Shown here: one piece after another, positions 47,688 to 57,197 of the stretch
How the letters are laid out: the number at the start of each line of letters is the position of its first letter
Numbering within the stretch: position 1 is the first letter of the stretch
From: Alphaproteobacteria bacterium
Lineage (GTDB): Bacteria > Pseudomonadota > Alphaproteobacteria > JBFXJJ01
DNA length: 64,000 nt
Reading direction: 5' to 3'
NCBI GenBank assembly: GCA_050175015.1
Contig: JBFXJJ010000004.1
Coordinates: 145,304 to 209,303, forward strand
Program-made: the position numbers and the translations under genes
The notes under the pieces: generated by a model
The model's input: the letters and a program-made list of their open reading frames with translations, nothing else
Told to the model about the DNA's origin: nothing
Databases searched by the model: none

Positions 47688-48371
47688 ATGACAATAAATA
47701 CAAACAAAAACAAAAAAGATTTAGCTGAAATTGAAACATGGATATTCGATCTTGATGATACACTTTATTCAGCTTCAACAACTCTTTTTGAACAAATTGA
47801 GATTAGAATCAGAGAATACATAAGCACCTACTTTAAAATTAATGATAGCGAAGCTTTTGAGCTGCAAAAGGGATATTATCAAAAATATGGCACTACTCTC
47901 AGAGGACTAATTTTAGAAAAAGGCATGGAGCCAGACGATTATATGGAAAAAGTACACGATTTAGACCTCACAGTATTGTCTCCTAACCCCAATTTGGATA
48001 AAGCCCTTAGCAAAATAAATGGCAAAAAATATGTTTTTACCAATGGCCCTAAAGAGCACGCAGAAAGAGTAACTGCAAAAATTGGGATAAGACATCACTT
48101 CGCTGGTTTCTTTGGTGCAAGAGAAGGAGATTTGATACCTAAGCCTGAACTTGTAACTTATCAAAAAATGCTAAAAACATATAATATTGATCCTAAAAAA
48201 GCGGCTCTATTTGAAGACAGCCAACGTAATCTAAAGCCAGCTCACGACTTAGGAATAACAACTATATGGGTTAGAAATCTTACTGATAAACTTACGCCTG
48301 TAGATAAAAGTCCTGAGTATTGCGACTTTATAACTGACGATCTTGTTGCATGGCTTGAAGAAAACATTTAG
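47688..48371 (+). CDS. HAD-family pyrimidine 5'-nucleotidase
   Basis: WIFDLDDTLY, YGTTLRGL, FTNG, PKP, LFEDSQRNL. Confidence 0.9.
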   Translation: MTINTNKNKKDLAEIETWIFDLDDTLYSASTTLFEQIEIRIREYISTYFKINDSEAFELQKGYYQKYGTTLRGLILEKGMEPDDYMEKVHDLDLTVLSPNPNLDKALSKINGKKYVFTNGPKEHAERVTAKIGIRHHFAGFFGAREGDLIPKPELVTYQKMLKTYNIDPKKAALFEDSQRNLKPAHDLGITTIWVRNLTDKLTPVDKSPEYCDFITDDLVAWLEENI

Positions 48372-48415
48372 TTTAATCTTTTTTAATGCTTAAACTTCTT
48401 TAGAGGATACTTTTT

Positions 48416-49279
48416 ATGAATCAAGATATAACTTCACTTATTCGTATTATTGAAAATGCTTGGGAAGATGCCAAAAATATTAATCCCGAAAACGCATCAC
48501 AAGAACTAAAGAATGCTATATCTTATTCTCTGTCAGGTCTTGATGCTGGCACTTTTCGTGTTGCCGAAAAAAAAGAGGGAGCTTGGACTGTTAACCAATG
48601 GCTAAAAAAAGCTGTTTTAATTAATTTTAAGCTGCATAATATGTCTTATTTCGAAAGCGGCTTATCTCTTAATCAAATGCAGTCAGGCTGGTATGATAAA
48701 ATAATGCCTAAATTCCTTGATTGGGAAAGTGAAGATTTTGCCAAATGCGGAATAAGAGCTGTACCTGGGTGCTTTGTAAGACATTCGGCATATATTGCCC
48801 CTAATGTCGTTTTAATGCCATCTTTCGTTAACATTGGAGCTTATGTTGATTCTGGAACTATGGTTGATACTTGGGTAACGATTGGCTCCTGCGCACAAGT
48901 TGGAAAAAATGTTCACCTTTCTGGCGGCGTTGGTATCGGCGGCGTTTTAGAACCTCTTCAAGCAAATCCTGTTATTATTGAAGATAACTGCTTTATCGGA
49001 GCGAGATCGGAAATAGTGGAAGGCGTCATTGTCGAAGAAGGCGCTGTTATTTCTATGGGCGTATTTATTGGTGCCTCAACTAAGATAATTGACAGAGCAA
49101 CTGGCGAAGTCTTTTATGGAAAAGTTCCAGCTTATTCTGTTGTCGTACCAGGCAGCCTTCCTGCGGCACCATCTGAAGATGGCATTATAAGACCGTCTCT
49201 TTATTGTGCGGTAATTGTGAAAAAAGTGGATGCTAAAACCCGTTCCAAAGTATCGGTAAACGAGCTCTTGCGTTTATAG
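48416..49279 (+). CDS. dapD: Tetrahydrodipicolinate N-succinyltransferase
   Basis: [32 protein letters not shown]. Confidence 0.97.
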   Translation: MNQDITSLIRIIENAWEDAKNINPENASQELKNAISYSLSGLDAGTFRVAEKKEGAWTVNQWLKKAVLINFKLHNMSYFESGLSLNQMQSGWYDKIMPKFLDWESEDFAKCGIRAVPGCFVRHSAYIAPNVVLMPSFVNIGAYVDSGTMVDTWVTIGSCAQVGKNVHLSGGVGIGGVLEPLQANPVIIEDNCFIGARSEIVEGVIVEEGAVISMGVFIGASTKIIDRATGEVFYGKVPAYSVVVPGSLPAAPSEDGIIRPSLYCAVIVKKVDAKTRSKVSVNELLRL

Positions 49280-49491
49280 TTCTATTTATAAAAATGCTTT
49301 CTATGGTCAGATAGCCATGGGTTAAAATAATTATCTAAAACACTATAAATATAGCCGCATCAAAACAAACTCCTTAATTTTGATGCAGCTATAATTCAAT
49401 TTACAGATTTTTATTGATAATTAAGGCAAAAAAAACGAGCCTACAAAATCAATCTAGGACTCGTTAAAAAAATTTAATTTTTTTAAAAAGG

Positions 49492-49674
49492 CTATCTTGT
49501 ATTAGCCTTTAAGTTCAAATAGAAATCTTTTTCTATTTTCATAATTTTGTTGTCTTTTTGGGTTGTTTCTTGAGCTTTACGTAATCCAAAAATGCGTTCC
49601 CTAGCTTCTTGCTGACGCATCTCTAGACGTTTTTCAATATCATCAAATTGTTTTGTAATATCGTTGTTTTCCAT
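49492..49674 (-). CDS. Small hypothetical protein
   Basis: 60 aa, AGGGGG SD-like sequence upstream. Confidence 0.55.
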   Translation of the reverse strand: MENNDITKQFDDIEKRLEMRQQEARERIFGLRKAQETTQKDNKIMKIEKDFYLNLKANTR

Positions 49675-49960
49675 TTAGCCCCCCTTTGGTTACAACAGTC
49701 TATATTATAGAACAAAAATGCTCATAATTGAAGTTCAAAATTAACGATATTAACAGGCGCATCTTATGCATCATTACAACTTTTACCTTTACAATAAAGC
49801 ATATTAAAATTCATATATTTCATACATATATATCCAAATGCTACAAATAGAATAATTCTATTTTTTAGAAAAAAGCCCAATTGTAACAAAAACTTAAAAT
49901 ATATTATTTTTTATCTTGCATAAAAAATAATTACGTTATAAATAGGAAATATCTTTTTTA

Positions 49961-50035
49961 GGGCGCGTAGCTCAGCGGGAGAGCACTACGTTGACATCGT
50001 AGGGGTCACTGGTTCAATCCCAGTCGTGCCCACCA
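49961..50035 (+). tRNA. tRNA-Val (GAC), integration target
   Basis: GGGCGCGTAGCTCAGCGGGAGAGCACTACGTTGACATCGTAGGGGTCACTGGTTCAATCCCAGTCGTGCCCACCA. Confidence 0.97.
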
Positions 50036-50082
50036 ATTAAATCAAGGGGTTTAGCAATTTTGCCTAAGCCCCTTTTTTGTTT

Positions 50083-50108
50083 CAGGAACCATATAGGAAC
50101 CAGAATTT
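50083..50108. repeat. Tandem AGGAACCA motifs, putative integrase arm-type sites (left end)
   Basis: CAGGAACCAtatAGGAACCAGAATTT, matched by CAGGAACCActcAGGAACCAGAATTT at 59520-59545 and inverted TGGTTCCT at 59503-59510. Confidence 0.75.
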
Positions 50109-50170
50109 TTTACCAACCAGCACCAAAAACTTAACTTTGATGTTTTTATTTTTAGAATGTTTTTTGATGG

Positions 50171-50300
50171 GCAGAATCTTAAAAAGTCTCAAAATTTCTC
50201 AAAGAATCTTAAAAAGTCTTATTCTTTCTTAAAAATTCTTAATTCTTCTCGATTTTTCTTAAAAGTCTTAAAATTTCTTAATTGTGTCTCAAAAATTCTT
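50171..50300. repeat. About 13 degenerate 10-bp tandem units ending TCT(T/C)
   Basis: gcagaatctt aaaaagtctc aaaatttctc aaagaatctt aaaaagtctt attctttctt aaaaattctt ... Confidence 0.75.
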
Positions 50301-50493
50301 AAAAATAGACTTAAGTTATTGAAAAATAAGCGTTTCCACTTCTTTCCACCTTTTTTTGTAATTCTTTCCACTTATTTGTAATTGTTTTTGCGATGTAAGG
50401 CATTGAAAAACAAGGCTTTATTTGGATTCTAATTGTTCGTAATTGTTTCCACTAGTTTCCACTTCTTTTCCAGCCGATTCCACTTAATTTAGG

Positions 50494-50535
50494 AGGGCAG
50501 GATATATGCAACCATATTGTTTGCATTCCTGCCCT
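50494..50535 (-). promoter_or_regulatory. Candidate oriT (MOB-P nic-like site in an inverted repeat)
   Basis: Minus strand TATCCTGCCC (50495-50504) matches the RP4 nic region TATCCTG^CCC; AGGGCAGGA...TCCTGCCCT inverted repeat. Confidence 0.5.
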
Positions 50536-50895
50536 GATGGGACTTCTTATTCGCAATTTTATTGCTCAACGAGGTTAAAAACAAAAAAACTAATTCACAA
50601 TCAGACATTATAAAATAAAAATCAAAAGCTGTTTGAGCTATTTGATTAGATTATATTCTAGGCAATCTTTTTAATTGGTTATAATTTGCAATAAAAATTA
50701 GATTGTTGAAACATTAAGAGTGGAAAGTTTTAGTGATGGATATTAATATAAAATGGTATAAAAGGAAGTTTATTTCGGGCTGGAGATTTTTACCAAGTTC
50801 CTATAGATACAGGCGAAGACATAGTTAATCTTGATACGCTTATCGGAAATTATGGGTTGCCCTTGCTTGCCCTCTTAATGGGGTTGAATTATTTA

Positions 50896-51210
50896 TTAGA
50901 TACAGAATTTACTGTCCACTAAACTATAACCAGTCCAATATGTATCGGCTCCATTGTCTCCTTGCATAAAATCTTTTAATGAACCACTCATAATAATGTC
51001 GTTGCCGTCTTTGGCATATAATTGCTTGTCCGCAGTTTTCTTTAATGCTATTAGGTCTGAAATGTTTATGGTTGGTTGACGGTCATCTGGTCGGTCAATA
51101 TTAAGATTCAACGCCATATTTTCTGTATTGGGTTTGGCAACCTCGTTTGCTCTGGCTGTAGAAAAAAAGATAATAACGAAACATATAGCTATTGATAATA
51201 TTATTTTCAT
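50896..51210 (-). CDS. Small exported hypothetical protein
   Basis: Signal peptide ending ARA; GAGGA upstream. Confidence 0.65.
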   Translation of the reverse strand: MKIILSIAICFVIIFFSTARANEVAKPNTENMALNLNIDRPDDRQPTINISDLIALKKTADKQLYAKDGNDIIMSGSLKDFMQGDNGADTYWTGYSLVDSKFCI

Positions 51211-51270
51211 AAGTTCCTCGTTAAGTAAATTTTTGTAAATGGATTATAACTAAAGCATCAGATGCATCTA

Positions 51271-52163
51271 TTATGGGATATTGTTCCATTTAACAGCATA
51301 TAAATCATGCCTTCTATCTTTTAGATTGTTAACGGTAGCATCAATTCGTGCCGCTCTTAGCTTTGCTAAATCCAAATCTGCAAATATTATCATTTCTGTA
51401 TTGGCTGTTGCTTCGGCGGCTATTCCATCATTGTTAAAGTTTATATAACATGGAGTGAAAATAGCACTTTGAGCGTAGTTAATATTCATTGTTTCAACAT
51501 TTTCAAGATAGCCGACATTGCCTGAGGTTGCGACATAAACTTGATTCTCAACGGCTCTTGCCTGAGAGCAATACCTAACACGCAAATATCCTTGCTTCAA
51601 ATCGGTGCAGAAGGGAACAAAAAGTATTTCGGCACCATTGTCAACTAAGTTCCTAGCAAGTTCAGGAAACTCGCTGTCATAACAAATTATAATGCCAATT
51701 TTACAACAATCGGTATTTATAACGTTAGCTTTGTTGCCCCCTTGAATATTCAGCGACGACTTTTCACTTGGAGTCGGGTGTATCTTCTCTTGTTTGTGAA
51801 TAGAACCGTCTCGTAATGCGGTATAGCAAATATTAAGGATTTTATTGTTATCGTCTTTGGTTGCATGCGAACCACCAATGATATTTATTTTATAGTTACG
51901 GGCAAGTCTCGAAAAAAGTTCAATTATCGCAGGAGTGTATTTTGCAAGCTCTTCAATAGATTTTTGAGCTGGGATAGGGGTGTTTGGTATTGATAATAAT
52001 TGCGTTGTAAAAAGTTCAGGAAAAACAATAAAATTGGAACTATACTCAGATGCGATATTCACAAAATATTCAACTTTATTAGCAAAGTCCTCAAATGATG
52101 AGATTTTTTTTGAAAATATTGAACGCACGAAACTCTAACATTGGTATTTTTTTCTGTTGGCAT
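51271..52163 (-). pseudogene. Carbon-nitrogen hydrolase (nitrilase superfamily), frameshifted in an A8 run near the start
   Basis: FPELF, QEKIH, ICYDSEFPE triad intact; natural N-terminus MPTEKNTNVRVSCVQYFQKK (ATG 52163) is out of frame by -1 at 52104-52111. Confidence 0.8.
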
Positions 52164-52187
52164 TTTGACGTTCTCTTAAATTTAGAG

Positions 52188-52847
52188 TTATCGGGACAGT
52201 TGAGCTTTTGTAAGAGATAATGGTTTACTTGTCAATATTTTGCAGTCTCGCCAGCTTTTAATTTTTTGCAACCACGGGTGATACTTGCCTTTGCTATTGT
52301 TGTTCGCTCTAGCTATTTTTGCTTTTTTTAGTTCTTCGCATAAATCAATTTGTTGTATGGCAAGTCCGCTTAGATATAAGCTTTCGCCAGTATCTTTATA
52401 ATCAAGCTTAAACCGAGATATTGACTTCTCATCAATATCTTTGGATTTATCAGGGTTTAAATCACTAGCATATAAGGTGGTTTTTGTTGTTACTTCAACC
52501 GCAATTGGAAGATTGGTTTCAGGGTTTATGGCTGTAATATTTCTGGCTGGTAGAATAACATTGTTATCATCATCTCTTCTCAGATTACTAGCCAAGGTAG
52601 TGCCAGAGCTTAAATCATAAATATCTTTGTTGTATCTATTCTCGCCTTGATAAAAAGGATCTGCAAAGCTTACCGCAGTTAAATTTTTTGAAAAGACATT
52701 GTTTTTGAATTCAATATCAAAGTCTAAAAGGATAATACCAGTATGTTCTTCAATTTTATTTTCTTTTGGAGAATAAACAAAGTTTTCGCGACTAGGGTTA
52801 ATTTTGGCAAATATCTGCATATCATATGTTCTAAAATCACTACGCAT
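52188..52847 (-). CDS. Hypothetical protein
   Basis: 219-aa ORF with no recognised motif. Confidence 0.6.
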   Translation of the reverse strand: MRSDFRTYDMQIFAKINPSRENFVYSPKENKIEEHTGIILLDFDIEFKNNVFSKNLTAVSFADPFYQGENRYNKDIYDLSSGTTLASNLRRDDDNNVILPARNITAINPETNLPIAVEVTTKTTLYASDLNPDKSKDIDEKSISRFKLDYKDTGESLYLSGLAIQQIDLCEELKKAKIARANNNSKGKYHPWLQKIKSWRDCKILTSKPLSLTKAQLSR

Positions 52848-53069
52848 ATACTTAATTAGATTAAGTTTCTACTCTCAGAAACTACTAAAAATTGGAGCAT
52901 TAACAATGATTTAGCATTTAATATTACAGTATGATTTCTTCAATATTTATTAGAAAATAAATACATAGGAATAAAAAAACTTTAAAAAGATAATTACTTT
53001 TTTAAAAAAATTAAGTATAAGTTTATTTATTAAGATAATATCTTAAAAATAATAGAAAGGAATTGTTTT

Positions 53070-53099
53070 ATGGCAGGTAGTATTAATAAAATTATTTTA
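53070..53099 (+). pseudogene. ssb: 5' remnant of a single-stranded DNA-binding protein gene truncated at the IS630
   Basis: AAAGGA SD then MAGSINKIIL, like the alphaproteobacterial SSB N-terminus MAGSVNKVIL; ends at the IS TA. Confidence 0.65.
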
Positions 53100-54154
53100 G
53101 AGCATTTTGCGTTTAGTTGTCCGCATAACCAGAGTTTCTAAAATAGTTCAAGCATTCGTTTGGTTTTATGGTTTCGATTAGCTCTCCAACATGTTTTATA
53201 ACCTCATCTATGGTTCTTCTTTCGGCTTTTCGAAGCAGAGACTTTACTTTGGCAAAAACTTGCTCTATCGGGTTTAAATCAGGGCTGTATGGTGGAAGAT
53301 ACAAAACTTTTGCTCCTGTTTCTTTTATGGCATTTCTAACGCCTTCAACTTTATGACTGCTCAAATTGTCCATTATGACTAAATCTCTTGGTTTTAGTGT
53401 GGGAACCAAACTTTCTTTAACCCAAGCTAAAAAACTAACCCCGTTTATGGGCTGGTCAAATACACAAGGAGCAACTATGCCATCATTTCGCAATGCTCCG
53501 ATAAAAGTCAGGGTCTTTCTGTGTCCATGAGGGGTATAAGCTAGCAATCTTGTTCCTCTCTTTGACCTGCCATACATTTTTATCATGTTGGTTTTAACCC
53601 ACGTTTCATCTATAAAAACTAAACGATTGGGATTGATTTTGTTTTGATAGGTTTTCCAATGCTTACGCCTCAGCTTTATTTCAGCTCGGTTTTGTTCGCT
53701 TGCGAATACCGTTTTTTTTATAGCTGTAATTTAAGCGGTTAAGAAATCTATGAAAGGTAGTTGGGTGCATTTCTATATTGTGTGTTTCTTTTATATTCTG
53801 AACATACATAGATAATGTCCAATCAGGGTGAGTTTCTACAAGATTTATTATGTTTTTTTCAAAAGGTGATAAAACACAAGGTTTGTAACCTCCAAGCTGT
53901 TTATTAAAATAACTGCCTGTTTCCTTGAAACGCTTAACTAGCTTTACTGCAAAACTAGGAGATACTTTAAACCTACGACCAGCCTCTCTTACTGAAACGC
54001 CTTCCTTAACACAATCTATTATTCGTTTTCGCAAATCATTTGATATGGCTTTTGGCATTTCTAATCCTCCTGTAATTAGTATTAATTACAGTGAATCACA
54101 TCTAAATCTTTTTGGGAATCTTTTTTTGATTCTAACTAAAAACAAAACGCTCTA
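53098..54154 (-). mobile_element. IS630-family insertion sequence
   Basis: TA-flanked imperfect terminal IRs TAGAGCATTTTGCGTTTAGTT / AACTAAAAACAAAACGCTCTA; HTH ORF plus DDE ORF. Confidence 0.93.
53113..54058 (-). CDS. IS630 transposase, two frames joined at an A8 run (53712-53719)
   Basis: ORF A ...NYSYKK continues in the +1 frame as TVFASEQNR...LVFIDETW...MDNLSSHK...LPPYSPDLNPIE. Confidence 0.9.
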
Positions 54155-54377
54155 TACCAGCTCTAAAGAAGAATGTAATGCGAAAGATTTTGACGTTAAA
54201 ATTGGGTATATAGAGCGAATTACTTTTAATCCTTGGATAGCAGAATCTCTTTATAAACCAATAAAAGCGACCCTTAAAACAATTAAAGGGTGCAAAAAGT
54301 TAAAAATTTGCAGGACTACAATTCTTGAAAATGAACGTTGGAAAGAAGTAGCCGATAAACTCAAAAACGATTCTTAA
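54155..54377 (+). pseudogene. 3' remnant of an unidentified gene abutting the IS right end
   Basis: Open frame ...IGYIERITFNPWIAESLYK...KLKNDS* with no start codon of its own outside the IS. Confidence 0.4.
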
Positions 54378-54524
54378 AAATATCCGTATATCTTTGCTAA
54401 AAGCTTCCCAAAGTTGCTAAATGTTGCCCCAAAGTGTAGCACCAGCGTAGCACCAGCATTTTTTACACAAGATTTTTAGGCAAACAAAAACCCAGTTAAA
54501 CTATTGATTTAACTGGGTTATTTT

Positions 54525-54569
54525 TGGTTGCGGGGGCCAGATTTGAACTGACGGCCTTCAGGTTATGAG
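54525..54569 (-). other. 3' half of a tRNA-fMet (att-like fragment)
   Basis: Minus strand CTCATAACCTGAAGGCCGTCAGTTCAAATCTGGCCCCCGCAACCA; no D-arm or 5' acceptor strand. Confidence 0.85.
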
Positions 54570-54702
54570 ACTTGAAGATATGGGGCTTGAAAAGCTTTAT
54601 TCTTATTCAAGCTGGTTTAGCCGTTTGTTGCCTAATGGCGAAGTCCAAGAAAAAGTAGGGATTTGATGGGGTGAAGTGTAATAGTTAAGATTCAACCTAC
54701 AA

Positions 54703-56109
54703 CTACATACCAAAGCCCATGCCCCAATCTTGGGATTTAGTATCTTTTTTAGGTTTTTCTTCTTTTGGTGGTTCGGCTTGTGGGGCTGGTGTTTCAAGCG
54801 TTTGCTCTGGAGTTTTGGGCGGTTCTGATTTTAGATTTTGAGCCTGTTCTTCTGGGCTGATTACCTTGCCGCCATAATATTTAATCATATTGATGTTAAA
54901 TTTAAGAGCAACATCTTTTTCAAGATAATAAAGGTTTTCTTCTTTATCAAATTTTGCTGTCTTTTCAATCAATGATGCTTTTTTACAATCATTTGGAATT
55001 TCAACAATATATCGTTCTTTTTCTTGGGGTTTTGGCTTTGGTTCTGCTATCGGCTTTCTATCAAACTTCGGCGTAACTGCATTTATCAATTTTTTCTGGT
55101 AGGCAATCACAGCCATTGCAAATGGATCTTTGGTGGCTTCTGCCATTAAAAAATCTTTCCAAGTGTAAAAGGCTTTTTTAAGCAAGGATTGCTCTTTGGC
55201 TTTTTCCTTTGGTTTCTTTTTAACTTCTTGGTATTTTTGCCATAAAATTTCGGTGTTGGGGTGCTTGGTTAAAGGCTTTTCGGTATAGGTTGTTTTCGGC
55301 TCAATTTCCCTGTTTGACTCTTCAAAATTGCCTAACTTTTTTTCTAACGAATTTTTAGAAAAACTCCTATCTAAATCTGATACCTTAATGGCAACTTTGT
55401 TATTAATCGATACTATGGCTAACCCGTTGCCTCGCTTTTTAAGGAGCAAGCCAACTTCCTCAAAAGCATTATGTAAATCTTGCCATTTTTGCGATTTATC
55501 TAATGCTTTGGTTAAAGGTTCCTTTTGCTCTTTAACATAAGAATAAAAGCTTTGTTGCCACGTTTTGGCTTCAAAATCTCTCGCTTTTTCATGAGGCTTT
55601 TTATAATCAGGTTCTTTGGTTTTCTCAAAGCCGTTATCAATGGCTAAATTATATTTCTTTTCCATTGCTCTGCAAACTTTAGATAGCTTCGCATAATCAT
55701 AATAAGGCGTATTGATTTTACCAGTTTCAGGATTAACCTTGCTATAAGCAATGTGCATATGAAAGTTATCAGTATTTTGATGAGTGCCAACAACTCTTTG
55801 ATGTTTTTCAAACTCAAGAGCTTTGGCAAACTCGCATTCAATATCTTTTAATTCTTCAAGCTTTGGTTTTTCATTCCTAAAAGAAACTAGCAAATGATAA
55901 GTTTTATCAGAAGTTGCCTTTAAATTTTTGCTTTGAGTATTTTCAATATCAATTATGGCAATCTCTAAATCATCAAGGCTTTCGCCAGCGATAGAATTTA
56001 CTATCCAAAAACTATCCAGTTTTTCGCCTTCATCTTCTGCCCCAGCGATATAATTAGCGAGCCGTTTAAAACCGCTGTTGGTGGTTCTCTTGATGCTCTT
56101 GGCTATCAT
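54703..56109 (-). CDS. MOB-P (TraI/MobA-like) relaxase
   Basis: LANYI catalytic Tyr, DKTYHLLVSF, HQNTDNFHMHIAYSKV 3H motif. Confidence 0.9.
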   Translation of the reverse strand: MIAKSIKRTTNSGFKRLANYIAGAEDEGEKLDSFWIVNSIAGESLDDLEIAIIDIENTQSKNLKATSDKTYHLLVSFRNEKPKLEELKDIECEFAKALEFEKHQRVVGTHQNTDNFHMHIAYSKVNPETGKINTPYYDYAKLSKVCRAMEKKYNLAIDNGFEKTKEPDYKKPHEKARDFEAKTWQQSFYSYVKEQKEPLTKALDKSQKWQDLHNAFEEVGLLLKKRGNGLAIVSINNKVAIKVSDLDRSFSKNSLEKKLGNFEESNREIEPKTTYTEKPLTKHPNTEILWQKYQEVKKKPKEKAKEQSLLKKAFYTWKDFLMAEATKDPFAMAVIAYQKKLINAVTPKFDRKPIAEPKPKPQEKERYIVEIPNDCKKASLIEKTAKFDKEENLYYLEKDVALKFNINMIKYYGGKVISPEEQAQNLKSEPPKTPEQTLETPAPQAEPPKEEKPKKDTKSQDWGMGFGM

Positions 56110-56417
56110 TTGAATTCTTTAAGAACATCTCTTAAAACCCTTAAAGTTATGGCAACCTCATCAGCAAGATTTTGAGAAAGTCTATCAATATTGATTTTTA
56201 GTAAATTGCCAAGCCTTGCTAAATCAGCATTAACTTTAAGTAAGAGCTTTATTTTTTCTTGCTTTTCAATGTTAGGAAGCGGAGTTTTTAAAGCGGTTTT
56301 TCTCAAAAACTCCGACTGCCTTAAACCATAAGCTTTGGAAAGTCTAACCAGCTCAAGCTTTTCTTGATTGCTCAAATAAACTAAAACTGCTTTGTTTCTT
56401 TTTTCGCTTACAATCAT
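56106..56417 (-). CDS. MobC/TraJ-like relaxosome accessory protein
   Basis: RHH-like N-terminus, LLKVNADLARLGNLLK; ATGA overlap with relaxase. Confidence 0.85.
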   Translation of the reverse strand: MIVSEKRNKAVLVYLSNQEKLELVRLSKAYGLRQSEFLRKTALKTPLPNIEKQEKIKLLLKVNADLARLGNLLKINIDRLSQNLADEVAITLRVLRDVLKEFK

Positions 56418-56422
56418 AACAC

Positions 56423-56665
56423 TTACCCTTTGCTTTTATCATTACCTGCTTGAGTAGTGTTAAAATAACTTGGGCTTATTTTGCTTTCTGCCCATTTGAT
56501 TAAATCATCAATATGATAAATTATCTTTCTGGAAGAAACTTTTCTAAAAGCGGGGCTATCAATTCCAACACACCTGTTTTTAGCTAAAGTTTTATGGCTT
56601 AATTTGAAATAGTTGTTCGTAATAAACTCAGCCGCTTCTTTTGGTGTTAAATATTGTTTTTGCAT
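56423..56665 (-). CDS. Excisionase-like helix-turn-helix protein
   Basis: YLTPKEAAEF...SHKTLAKNRCVG...PAFRK...IIYHIDDLIKW. Confidence 0.8.
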   Translation of the reverse strand: MQKQYLTPKEAAEFITNNYFKLSHKTLAKNRCVGIDSPAFRKVSSRKIIYHIDDLIKWAESKISPSYFNTTQAGNDKSKG

Positions 56666-56927
56666 TTTGATTTTCTCCTGTTTTTAAAGTTTTTAAAACA
56701 AGAGTAATCATAAGTTTAAAAGCGAAATAAAAAATAGGGGTCATACTTGCCACCCTAGTTAAAATATTGGGGGACACCCAACTGTTTTTAGCATCTTAAC
56801 CATTGATTTATAAAGATTTCTTGGGTGCCACCCTTCTTTGATTTTGATGGGTGTTTTTAGGCATAGGGACACCCAACTTTTTTGATTATTTTGTAAAAAT
56901 AAAAGCAACTTTTAGATTTACAAAAAA

Positions 56928-57197
56928 CTAATCAAATAAATCAGAATGTGTTCCTGTTCTTTCAAAGACAACCACGTCGTCTTTGATAAAATAAATCATT
57001 AGCCAATCAGGCTCAATATGACATTCTTTATGCTTGTTCCAATTACCAACAAGCTGATGTTCTTTATATTTTGTCGGAAGGTTTTTCTCTGAGACAATAA
57101 GATTAATAACCGTTTTTAATTTTTCCATATCTTTGCCACGCTTTTGCATGCGTTTAACATCTTTAGAAAAACGACCCGAATAAGAAGGTTTTAGCAT
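56928..57197 (-). CDS. yafQ: YafQ-family mRNA interferase toxin
   Basis: FSKDVKR, EHQLVGNW, ECHIEPDWLMIY, RTGTHSDLF. Confidence 0.93.
   Translation of the reverse strand: MLKPSYSGRFSKDVKRMQKRGKDMEKLKTVINLIVSEKNLPTKYKEHQLVGNWNKHKECHIEPDWLMIYFIKDDVVVFERTGTHSDLFD

Noticed and set aside
50157-50381. 74-aa K/L/F-rich ORF
   Set aside because: Product of the 10-bp tandem repeat; no SD or protein-like composition
53925-54154. 5' part of the 150-aa plus-strand ORF
   Set aside because: Antisense to the IS630 transposase and IS end; only the part after 54154 may be a real gene remnant
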